A stretch of 64,000 bases of DNA from Macrostomum lignano (taxonomy: Eukaryota). Within the stretch, counting starts at the first letter, position 1, and each line of letters opens with the position of its first letter. Positions 1-11,410 of the stretch are shown one piece after another. The stretch lies in NCBI GenBank assembly GCA_002269645.1, contig NIVC01001983.1:1-64000 (forward strand). The letters are read 5' to 3'. The position numbers and the translations under genes were made by a program. Below the pieces are notes generated by a model, which worked only from the letters and a program-made list of their open reading frames with translations, was not told where the DNA came from and did no database searches.

Positions 1-600
1 GAGATATGGGTAATGGGTCACTGATGAGATAAGGGTAGTGGTCACTGACAGAGATAGGTAATGGGTCACTGACTGAGATAAGGGTAATGGGTCACTGACT
101 GAGATAGGGTAATGGGTCACTGACTGAGATAAGGGTAGTAATGGGTCACTGATTGAGATAAGGGTAATGGGTCACTGACTGAGATAAGGGTAGTAATGGG
201 TCACTGATTGAGATAAGGGTAATGGGGTCACTGATCAAAATAAGGGTAATCGGGTCACTGACAGAGATAGGGGTAATGGGGTCACTGACAGAGATAGGGG
301 TAATGGGGTCACTGACAGAGATAAGGGTAATGGGGTCACTGACTGAGATAAGGGTAATGGTCACTGACTGAGATAAGGGTAATGGGTCACTGACTGAGAT
401 ATGGGTAATGGCGTCACTGACAGAGATATGGGTAATGGGGTCACTGACTGAGATAAGGGTAATGGGGTCACTGACTGAGATAAGGGTAATGGGTCACTGA
501 CTGAGATATGGGTAATGGGGTCACTGACAGAGATAAGGGTAATGGGGTCACTGACTGAGATAAGGGTAATGGGTCACTGACTGAGATATGGGTAATGGGG
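1..600. repeat. About 26-27-bp minisatellite (GGGTAATGGGTCACTGACTGAGATAA)
   Basis: Direct tandem array visible in the sequence; intronic in the WD40 gene. Confidence 0.95.
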
Positions 601-714
601 TACCTGGGATAAGAGGTAAATGGAAAGCTGCGGTGTGAATTCATCAGGTCTAAAAAAGCTTCCAGCTCTAAGCCGAGCAATGCAAGCAAGAGCAATGTTG
701 CATCAGTGACAAAC

Positions 715-2753
715 AGTAGTCTAGGCAGAGCGGAGCCGCCTCGAGTCCCTGAACGCGGTACTGACAGGAGAAGTCGCTCTTTGAGCTGATGTCGTAAAAG
801 GCTGCAAATGTTTTTAAATCTTACAATTGTGTAGTATGACCCCACGGTCTTACAATAGAATATCATGTTAATAGTCATAATACAAAGGTTGACGAATATC
901 TATGACCGACAGGAGTAGCTACTGCCTTGACTGAATAGTAGCTACCTACTCTCTATGACCGACAGGAGTAGCTACTGCCTATGACTGAATAGTTAGCTAC
1001 CTACTCTCTATGACCGACAGGAGTAGCTACTGCCTATGACTGAATAGTTAGCTACCTACTCTCTATGACCGACAGGAGTAGCTACTGCCTATGACTGAAT
1101 AGTTAGCTACCTACTCTCTATGACCGACAGGAGTAGCTACTCTCTATGACCGACAGGAGTAGCTACACTATGACCGACAGGGTACCTACTCTCTATGACC
1201 GACAGGAGTAGCTACTGTCTATGACCGAATAGTTAGCTACCCTATGAGCCTTTTCAGTTTTTATAAGTGTCAAACATCCCGATCGAATTCCCCAGTTGTC
1301 AATCCTCACCAATCTCTTTGCTAGTGAAGCCGATGGCAATCTTGCTGACATTCTGCAGCACAGCGAACCCGGTGACCCAGAGGTCGCGCTGCCTGCAGGC
1401 CTCGGTGCCAACCCGGACGCATTTGCTGGCCTGCAGATCCGAATTAGTCAGAGCCAGAGTGCCCTCCTGCAGCCAGTAATGATTGATAAATTTAGACGTT
1501 TGACATTCTGCTAACTTTAGCAACGATCAAAATAGTATAAAATAATGATTCGAATCAAAGTCTCACCCTAGATACGCTGACATACTTGTGCGAGCTTCTT
1601 AAAAAGTCGATGCCAATGATTATATCGTTGTGAGGCACGGAGAGCTGTTTTGGATTCCTCCATTGGGGCACCTGGTTGTTCCTCACTTTGTCGTCTTTTT
1701 CGTAGAGCTGCATCATAAGATGCTGGATAGCTGGTCCCATGACACCGTGCCCTCCTTGCATATGTCGATTTTGTCAAACAGCTCCTCGTACTGCGTTCGA
1801 AATGTGGCAAAGAAAAATCTGTATGAACTATCGTTAAATGACTGTGCTTAGAAAAAACTTCAGCTAAACTTGCATCTTACCTCTTCATCTGTGCCCTTGT
1901 TTAGAATGATTGACAAGGCCTCCACAAATTGTTCCCGATTCAGCTTCAGTCGCTCGAGTGTGTCACCTTTTAACTAGAATTTGTGTGACCAATAGTTATT
2001 ATTTATTTGCCTTACTGTATTTTATATTATATATTTGTTTGAAAAGACAGCTTACTCACTTCGAAAGCTTCTTGAAGAGACTCCAAATCTTTCAGTGTCA
2101 ATCGTGCTTCCAATTTGCTGTCTTCCAGTGATGCTTTTCTGCAAGGTGGTTAAAAATAATTAAAAAACATTCATTTTTGCTATTAAAAGTAAATTTTACA
2201 ATGATTCAATAAACAAACTAAAAAAGTTTTAAACTAGCTATGCAATTTGTAAGCTCAATACTGTAATGATAATTTACCTTCATTCCTACATATCTGATTT
2301 GCTAAGATAAAAGATTATATAGTGTCTGTAATTTTATAATAGAATAGTCAAGCAGAAAATGATAAATCAGTCACCATAAACTATTTTTAATCTAAGAAGT
2401 TATTCATGCTTTACAATATATAATACTTCAGAGTGAAAAATTGTGTATATAAAAATGCAATGGTTTTTAACTCCAAATATTATATATATATACAATATAG
2501 TTATTGAGAGAAATTTCCTCTTATCGTTTTCAGTTTGTTATGAACAAAATAAGGAAGCTTGTTTGTACAACATTTTCTCTTGCTTTTCATTGCACTCTAT
2601 AGATTACTGAATTGAAAGACATATTTTTATTTCGAAACCAAAGTTTGTTATTGACTATTGTTATCAGTAAAGGCAAACTTAATTTCCAAGGCATGCATAC
2701 AAGAGAATAATTTACTTGCCAACTTACATCGACTCCTGAGCTTGCTTCGACAT
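715..2753 (-). CDS. EF-hand + WD40 protein of the WDR49/WDR64/EFCAB8/WDY family, 5' part (remaining exons lie left of the window)
   Basis: Exons with GT-AG junctions and matching phases: 2728-2753 (ATG), 2060-2138, 1881-1973, 1567-1790, 1310-1466, about 715-801. Spliced peptide: MSKQAQESIKASLEDSKLEARLTLKDLESLQEAFE-LKGDTLERLKLNREQFVEALSIILNKGTDEE-YEELFDKIDICKEGTVSWDQLS/HLMMQLYEKDD...-EGTLAL...RDLWVTGFAVLQNVSKIAIGFTSKEI-AFYDISSKSDFSCQYRVQGLEAAPLCLDY. The EF-hand-like FDKIDICKEGTVSW and the DLWVT / FYD...CQY / PLCLDY motifs match my recollection of this family; the paralog is not assigned. Exon 4 needs +1 nt near 1722. The last donor (714) is uncertain. Confidence 0.7.
900..1245. repeat. About 53-bp minisatellite
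   Basis: CTATGACCGACAGGAGTAGCTACTGCCTATGACTGAATAGTTAGCTACCTACT repeats. Confidence 0.9.
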
Positions 2754-3883
2754 TTGAGCACTTTTGATTAAATAATTTAATTTCACAGATGATTAATTAG
2801 AATTAATTTGCGATAAATAAGCAGTGAGCTATTTATTTAATTGTACTTCGTACTAATCTGTACAATAAGAGTTTCTAGATATTGACTCTAATTCGATATT
2901 AAAATTGCAAATAGCTTGGGTAGATTCGCGCGTTGTACTAAAAGATTGTGTACTCCATTTTTCTTGATATAACACAAAATCTAAATTGTTTCCTTTTCTG
3001 AACATATTCAAACAATCTAAAATGCAAAGAGGAAATTTATTTATAGAATTTCTTATAATATAACGCTGCGGATTCAATTTCAACGTTAACTAAAAGACTC
3101 GAAAAATTCAGTTGCTAGTAGACTGCGGTTTTGGGTACAAAAAGTTAAAACTAAATAAAATATTATGCTCCATTAAGTTAATAGTTAGTATAAAGTAGCC
3201 TTCGGTAAAGTAAAATTTAATAAGTCAGATATAACTGATCAATTCATGCAATATTATAAGCCACTAATACATACATGTAATGATTGTCTATGATGTAATG
3301 GACGCTGCCCTAAGTAGTAAAGTACTTGCATAAAGTAGTAAATACAGTTATTTGCTGTACGGAGCAATAAAAAAAACTACATATCAGTTGATGAGACCTT
3401 AAATTAGGCACAAATTATTGGCGCAAGGAAACTTACTGAAGACATTTTTGTTAGATATTCAACAAAAACCTGAGAGTCATGCGATGTTAAATTTATATGG
3501 AAATTAAATTTAGAACGAAACAAAAATATCCCTGTTTGGTGAGATATTCTGACTTTAGTCTAAAAAAACCATATGAAGATTAGCCTGATTTGTCTCATTT
3601 TAGATGAATCGCTTGAGAGAGGTTCAAGCACTACAAAAAAGAAGTTAAGCTTATGTTCAAAGAATATATTTGAAAATCTAGTAATTTACTGACTCGTCTG
3701 ATACAATTATTTAATTTTTATTTTTTGATTAAATGAACTGTGATAATGATTAACAGACTACAGGCCAGACGTACAGATTATAGGGCAACGTCCATGTTAC
3801 AAGAATGATTGCTCAAAACAGATAAGGGCATCGGGCATATTCGCATTTGCCATTTTTGTTTGTTTTACAAAATTACAGTACAG

Positions 3884-4423
3884 CAGGGGCGTAGCCAGAG
3901 GGGGGCAAGGGGGGCCGCGGCCCCCACCCCCAATCACCAACTCTGGCCTTGGCGCCTCCCCCCCCAGAACTGCGCTTTGCCACCCCTTTGAAAATGCTGC
4001 CGCTTTCCTGGCGCCCCCCCCATAAATAAACTGCTCCCCCCTATAAAAACTGCCCCCCCCTAAAAGAAACTGGCGCCCCCCTAAAAGAAACTGGCGCCCC
4101 GCCCCCCCTAAAGAAACTGGCGCCCCCCCCTATAAGAAACTGGCGCCCCCCCTAAAAGAAACTGGCGCCCCCCCTAAAAAACTGCCCCCCCCCCCTATAA
4201 AGAAACTGGCGCCCCCCACTAAAAGAAACTGGCGCCCCCCCCCTAAAAGAAACTGGCGCCCCCCCCCCTAAAAGAAACTGGCGCCCCCCCCTATAAGAAA
4301 CTGGCGCCCCCCTAAAAGAAACTGGCGCCCCCCCCTCTATAAGAAACTGGCGCCCCCCCTAAAAGAAACTGGCGCCCCCTAACTCACGCCCCCCCCCAAT
4401 CAATATTCCTGGCTACGCCCCTG
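3884..4423. mobile_element. Non-autonomous hAT-type DNA transposon (MITE) with an internal tandem array
   Basis: Perfect 15-bp TIRs CAGGGGCGTAGCCAG (3884-3898) / CTGGCTACGCCCCTG (4409-4423). 8-bp TSD CAGTACAG at 3876-3883 and 4424-4431. Interior is AAAGAAACTGGCG(C)nT repeats. Confidence 0.9.
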
Positions 4424-6347
4424 CAGTACAGTATTCTATGCGCATGGTGAGTAAGTAAACGAATGTATTAAATAAATCCCTAAGGCGTCCATATGCAGCC
4501 CGGCCACAGAACGCGCCCGGCTATCAAAATACAGTATAGAGCCAATGATTTTTGCGCAGACCCTGCCGCTATTCGTCTTCGTTGCGCCAGCTAGTGCGTC
4601 CACACTCGAGCACCGCACAGCTGCCACCGCTGCTGTATGGCAGATATATTAGCAGACCTTAATGCCGAGGCCGTTTCTTCGTAAAGCCAATTACTACCAG
4701 CCCCTCCCCAACCCCACCCTGCGCGCGACCATCGGTCAAAGAAGCTATAGGCAGGGGGGGCCTGCATCCTTATGCAGACCATCCGATTTCTTTGGCGCGA
4801 GAATGAAGGGGAGCGGCATCGGGAGGGTTGGGCTTTGCGGAGAGTTGCGCTTCCCCTCAGCCAGGCAGCCACTGGCGTCCGCTGCCAATTTCTTGACGAG
4901 CGCTGCCGGTATCTGCGGCAGCTGTCGTACAGCAAGCAGCGGCGGCGGCAGCGTTACGGAGAGCGCCATTTTGCAGTCAGAAACAAGCGGCGCAACCCCC
5001 GCACTATCGAGCCAGGGGTGGGAGGGGGTTGTGGTGAATTATTTTCGCGGCCTCCTGCGCTCGCTCGCTTTCTCGGTGGGGCGGACATAATGCAGTCGCT
5101 GTGGCGTCGGGCTTCTGAGCCAGATCTGGGCCACTCTGGGGGCTTTTAGCGACTTCGTGCACTTTCCCCTGCGCCCCCCCCTTAGCAGTGAGTGTCTAAT
5201 TGACAAGATTTCCCACACACATTTTACACAGACAGTGCCAGTCGTACCGTGTTTTCAATGCCACACTCGCTACCAAATTTCCTTCATTCGGTGGGGTGAG
5301 GAACACTTGGTAAACAATCGGCTGCAGCTAGACCCCCGCAGTGGGGCACTTCGGGCGAGATTTTGAACTGCGCGGAATCTCAGTCACTCTTGGGAGATTT
5401 CTGAGGAGATTTTCGAAACCGACACACTTGCCTCTGCGATCCTCGGGACCACCCGGCTCGCCACCAGCCCCCCTCCCGTCTGCAGAGTGCAAGCAGCATC
5501 AGTAACAAAGTGTGATTTCAGCGCTACTCTCCCTTGCTGTTTCTCTCCCTAAAGCAAGTTTTCCAGCGTTATCCTTCTGCCTCTCGGACTAGCGAGGCGC
5601 GAGAGACAGTTTAGAGTCAGGGGGAGAGGGGAAGAGGAGAGACAGCCGGGCGACCAGTGGCTGAGAAATCTTTTCATTAAAATAATTAATTCCAGCTGGG
5701 GCAATACCCTCAGCGCCTGCATTGGGGATAAGGGTTCTCGGCCTGACAGTTGGGACTCCAATAACTTCTTGGAATCGTCGCCCCACCCCCACCCCCTATC
5801 CCGCAGCGCTAAGGCGACCCTCGCCAGCAGTTTAAGTTGCTCCCATTTCTCTTCTCCCTTTCTTTCCCTTCTATTTCATTCTCAGCCGGCATACTTACTC
5901 TGTTCCGTACGAGTCGCACTAGAAATCGCGCTCTCTAGATAGATCTTCCTGCCTGTCGTCTCCCCACCAACTCCCTCGCTCCCCTTTCATGCCCAGCTCG
6001 CACGGACCAAACGCCACTTACGCTGCGCGAATGCTTTCCCAACCCACACGCCCTGTCCCCCTGCCACAGCCAACCGCCGGCCGCAACTGCAGTACCTTCG
6101 CCTTCCACCACGACCACCACCACCACCACCACCACCACCTCCCTCCATTTCAAACGGCCACGCGGTCCCACTGCGCTTTCTTGACGCGCGCTTGCAGCTC
6201 GTAGCAAGGGTCTTCCTAAAGCGACGAAAAACAACAACAACAACAGAAATAGAGAGCAGCAGATAGAAGCCAAGCTTCAGCAGACAGAAAAGGCAGAGGA
6301 GTTGCCTAGCAATTTTTTTTTAGTTGAGCCGCAGTCGATCGGACGCG

Positions 6348-9300
6348 ATGTCAGACGCCGATAATCGAGTCATACTCAACGTTGGCGGCATCCGGCACGA
6401 GACTTACAAGGCCACGCTGAAGAAAATTCCGGCCACCAGGCTGTCCCGTCTCACCGAGGCTCTGGCCAACTACGATCCGATACTGAACGAGTATTTCTTT
6501 GACAGACACCCGGGGGTGTTCGCCCAGATACTGAACTACTATCGAACTGGAAAACTGCACTACCCCACTGACGTGTGCGGACCGCTGTTCGAAGAGGAGC
6601 TCGAGTTCTGGGGTCTGGATAGCAACCAGGTGAGAAATTTCAGTTTACTTGACAAACCTTTGGGTTGCAGAAATCATTTTTGTGATTTTAAAAAAAATAT
6701 TTCAATCGTATTTGAAGCGGAAAATTCTGTGAGAGAAACCTAAGTGCCGCTGTCTATAAATCCACTTTGCTTTCGCTTTTAAGCTCGCTGGTTTTAAAGT
6801 GCAAACGCAATGAATATTAATGAAAGAAGTGCGTCATAAAATTTGGAAAAAATTCAGAACTGACAGTAAAATCGAGGGTCTCGGGGAAAAACTGCTCAAC
6901 GCAGCATCCATCGATTGCTGATGATGCCTGGCTGGGAGCGGAGCTTCGACAGCCGCTCACCGAGATCCCATCCGACCCAGAGTTCCGTTGTCACCGTTTC
7001 AGGCCACCAATTTGTAGCCAATAAATTTATGGCTCAGAAAGCCTCCTAAAATCGCATCCAAAGTTACTAGAAAGCCGCGGGATTATTTTCTAGGAGTAAT
7101 CCCGATGGGGATTACATGCAGCCAGCAGTGCGAGCTAGTAGCCATGCCAATGGAACTACTCTGGCCTCTACAGCCTCCACCGGAGCTATAATGGCGTGAG
7201 CAGATTGACTCTAAGCTGCTAGTGGAATCCATACTTTTTGTAGTAATGTCACTGACTAAATGCCGATCAGTGCCGAAAAATCATTTTCTCACAATCCTAT
7301 ATACTAAAAATGAGTTGTCTGTGGGTAGGTATGCGATAGATTTCAGAAAAAACTTTTATAACTCTAAATGATCAGCATCATCGAAGATCACTTCCTCAAA
7401 GCATCGCATCCTCGAAGATCACATTTTCAAAGCATCACATCCTCGAAGATCACATCCTCAAAGCATCGCATCCTCGAAGATCACATCCTCAAAGCATCGC
7501 ATCCTCGAAGATCACATCCTCAAAGCATCGCATCCTCGAAGATCACATCCTCAAAGCATCGCATCCTCGAAGATCACATCCTCGAAGATCACATCCTCAA
7601 AGCATCGCATCCTCGAAGATCACATCCTCGAAGATCACATCCTCAAAGCATCACATCCTCGAAGATCACATCCTCAAAGCATCGCATCCTCGAAGATCAC
7701 ATCCTCAAAGCATCGCATCCTCGAAGATCACATCCTCAAAGCTTCACATCCTCGAAGATCACATCCTCAAAGCATCACATCCTCGAAGATCATATCCTCA
7801 AAGCTTCACATCCTCGAAGATCACATCCTCAAAGCATCACATCCTCGAAGTTTATTTCCTTAAGATTCAAATCATCGACTCTATGGTTTAAGGGAGTTTT
7901 CGGTAGTTTCCAAGTCTAGATCATTTATCGTTGCTCTCCTCTCAGCGTTCGATGCTAGGGGGAACTGTACATGTAAGTCCAAGTTTCAATGGACAATAAA
8001 TAGTTCATACACAAGTAGATTTATAAAAAGAAATTCTATTTCGAAAACGAGTCTCAACTCAGAGCCGCGGGTCGGTGGGCCAGCCAAGTCAGAGAGAGCA
8101 TGCAGAAAAAAGAACTGCTTCAAAAATCACGTGGCAAAACTAATGGTATAGTGGGAAATGGCAGGAATGTAGCCAATCCCCCCCCACACACTTGAGCAGT
8201 CCGAGCTGCTCACGGGATGGGGGTGGTTGGTGCAGGCGGACTCAACAGCTGCAAAAGTTAGACGGCTGTCACACCTAATTGCCGAATGCAACTAGCGCCA
8301 GCCATACTATAATATATGGCTAAATGTATTTCTTTGAAATAAAAACAGTACTGGGTGAAAACGCTATTCTATAAGGAAAGTTAGTGGCAGCTATGCAATT
8401 TTTCATTACAGTGAGTTATTTTTTAAACAGATTTTTTCATTTTTTGAAGATTGTATCGCATCGGATTGTAGGGAGCATTGTCAGCAGCGAACCCTGCCGA
8501 CCAATAACTTCCATTGAAGTGATGTCGCTCAGGGGGACCCGTTGGTCTCGCCTTCTCACCGGCGGTGGGGAAGAAATCAGCTCGTCCCGTGTCCCTGAGG
8601 TACCAGGCGAGCATCGGGATGCTCTCGGGCCAGCAAATGTCGGGAGAATCAGATTTGGTCTGAGCCCAGTGAGCCTGGTCCTAGTGAAGACCGGGCAGTG
8701 GCAGATAAAGTGCTCAGCGTTTTCACTGCCTGAACGGCAGAAGGGGCTCAGGTACCTGAAGGAAGCGGTGGCGAGAGAAGCAGCCATGCCCGGAGAGCGC
8801 CACGCTAACTGCTCGAAGGTCCCTGCGGTCGAGCCTAAGGAGGTCTCTACGCAGGAGGGGGGAGGGACAGTGAGAGATACTCGTTACCACTGATTTTTAT
8901 CTGTCCTTAAAAATGCAGTTTCATAAACGACTGGTTGGCTGCATCCTTCTTTGCTCACAATGCATTGTGTATGTAATTCGTCACAGCACAGGTGTCATTT
9001 AGTGATTTAGCCTTTCGCATTAAATCTAATTGACAGCCACGGAACGTGCAGTTTTAGCAGCTGACTAACAACCAGCGCCCCTCCCCGTTGGGGAGGCAAC
9101 AAAAAAGGGCCACTGGTTGATTGCAGCGTGCGGTCCCGGTGCTTTGCAAGATACTGGCGTGTCGTCCTCGTGTCGCAGGTTGTAGATTTCCGTAGAGGGT
9201 GCTTGGAGAAAATTCAAGACGGTAACAAAGACTTCGTAGTGCCGATTGACACTAGACGCTGCAGACAGAATTTAAATCGTCCGTTGATGTGTTATCCCGA

Positions 9301-11311
9301 CTTTTTGATGGATATTGGGCAATGTCTTTTCTTTTTGAGCATGAGCTACTACTCATAGACGCTATCGTCTTTACAAGCGCTCCTTCGGGTTGAGCCATAG
9401 ACAGTACATAATAATAGAATGCAAAAATGCTAGCTGGCAGTCAGCAAGCAGACTGCTGTCTATGGTCAAAACGTGAATTTCCAGGAAACGCCGAGATGAT
9501 TTGCAAAAGTGCAGAAGGTTTAGGTTGTTATTGTCAGTGGAAATCGAGCTACCACATGGCACCTGAGGAGGTGTCAATCTATAAGTTGCAAAGCAATCTG
9601 CAGTTGCCTTCTACGAGCGTAGTGTGTATTTCGAAGCGACACCGTTGAGCCTTCAAATACGTTTTCATAGGTTTGAAGTGTGTCCCAGCTCTAAGGTCGG
9701 GGTGGGGCCAGTAGTAAGACTTTTCACTGATTACGAAACGGAGCCTTCCATCCCATGGCAACGCAGCGGGGAATGCAGATATTCGAGTCCTTACACAAAT
9801 AAAGCGAGTCAAATTGTATTTGGCTGCTTCCTATGCTGAGCGAACCGAAGCGCTAGGGATCGAATTTTTCTGCTTTTAATTTCGTTGTTGCTTCGGCGTC
9901 CCTGGTAGGGAGCCGCTGCCAAATCCTTGGGAGGGGGAGGGGCGATTAATCTGAATGTCGACTAGATGTGGAGTCGAATCGCGCGTTGCACTTTAGCTCG
10001 AACGCGTATTAAAGCGAGATTTCGATGCCAGACAAGACTGCTGCAGCATCTGCAGCATCGCATGGTAACTGCAGCGGGCCCAAGGACAATCAATTCTCGA
10101 GAGGCTCTTTGTAAACAAATAATTAAAAAATTCCCTATGGCAGAACTGGGATTCGAGTCCTTCTGATTGGGCTGCAAAGCGGACATTGCATTGGGATATT
10201 TCAAGGCCAGATAAGAGTGGAAATACACAAATTGGGTTTTAAATTGGGTTAGAATCATGAGACAGGCCCAGATGGACAGGCTCAGCTGGCCATTAGAATC
10301 ATGAGACAGGCCCAGATGGACAGGCTCAGCTGGACATTAGAATCATGAGACAGGCCCAGATGGACAGGCTCAGCTGGCCATTAGAATCATGAGACAGGCC
10401 CAGATGGACAGGCTCAGCTGGCCATTAGAATCATGAGACAGGCCCAGATGGACAGGCTCAGCTGGCCATTAGAATCATGAGACAGGCCCAGATGGACAGG
10501 CTCAGCTGGCCATTAGAATCATTAGAATCATGAGACAGGCCCAGATGGACAGGCTCAGCTGGCCATTAGAATCATGAGACAGGCCCAGATGGACAGGCTC
10601 AGCTGGACATTAGAATCATGAGACAGGCCCAGATGGACAGGCTCAGCTGGCCATTAGAATCATGAGACAGGCCCAGATGGACAGGCTCAGCTGGACATTA
10701 GAATCATGAGACAGGCCCAGATGGACAGGCTCAGCTGGCCATTAGAATCATGAGACAGGCCCAGATGGACAGGCTCAGCTGGCCATTAGAATCATGAGAC
10801 AGGCCCAGATGGACAGGCTCAGCTGGCCATTAGAATCATGAGACAGGCCCAGATGGACAGGCTCGGCTGGCCATTAGAATCATGAGACAGACCCAGATGG
10901 ACAGGCTCAGCTGGCCATTAGAATCATTAGAATCATGAGACAGGCCCAGATGGACAGGCTCAGCTGGCCATTAGAATCATGAGACAGGCCCAGATGGACA
11001 GGCTCAGCTGGCCATTAGAATCATGAGACAGGCCCAGATGGACAGGCTCAGCTGGCCATTAGAATCATGAGACAGGCCCAGATGGACAGGCTCAGCTGGC
11101 CATTAGAATCATGAGACAGGCCCAGATGGACAGGCCAAATCTATTATGGACATAATATTTTTCGAGCCTTCGCTGGATCTTTTCAATTTTCACACAGGAA
11201 TAACCGAATGCGGCCAGTCGAAAGTTAACCGAAAAGCAGACAGGGTTAACTACTTCGCAAAAGCATTCAGTTAATTCCGTAACTTGTCCGCCTCTCTTAG
11301 TTTGTCTTCGA

Positions 11312-11410
<99 letters not shown>

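Noticed and set aside
604-714. Extension of the WD40 exon to the GT at 603
   Set aside because: The homologous frame hits a stop soon after LDY; a donor at 714 is simpler, though unproven.
4591-5149. Several 70-140 aa ORFs in a GC-rich island
   Set aside because: No recognisable domain or splice pattern; best read as a promoter/UTR region.
5989-6204. Poly-His upstream ORF before Kv3
   Set aside because: Driven by a (CAC)n microsatellite and probably upstream of the 6323 acceptor, so intronic or outron.
10249-11134. CRISPR-like appearance of this and other regular arrays
   Set aside because: Head-to-tail repeats without unique spacers, no cas genes, eukaryotic intron context.
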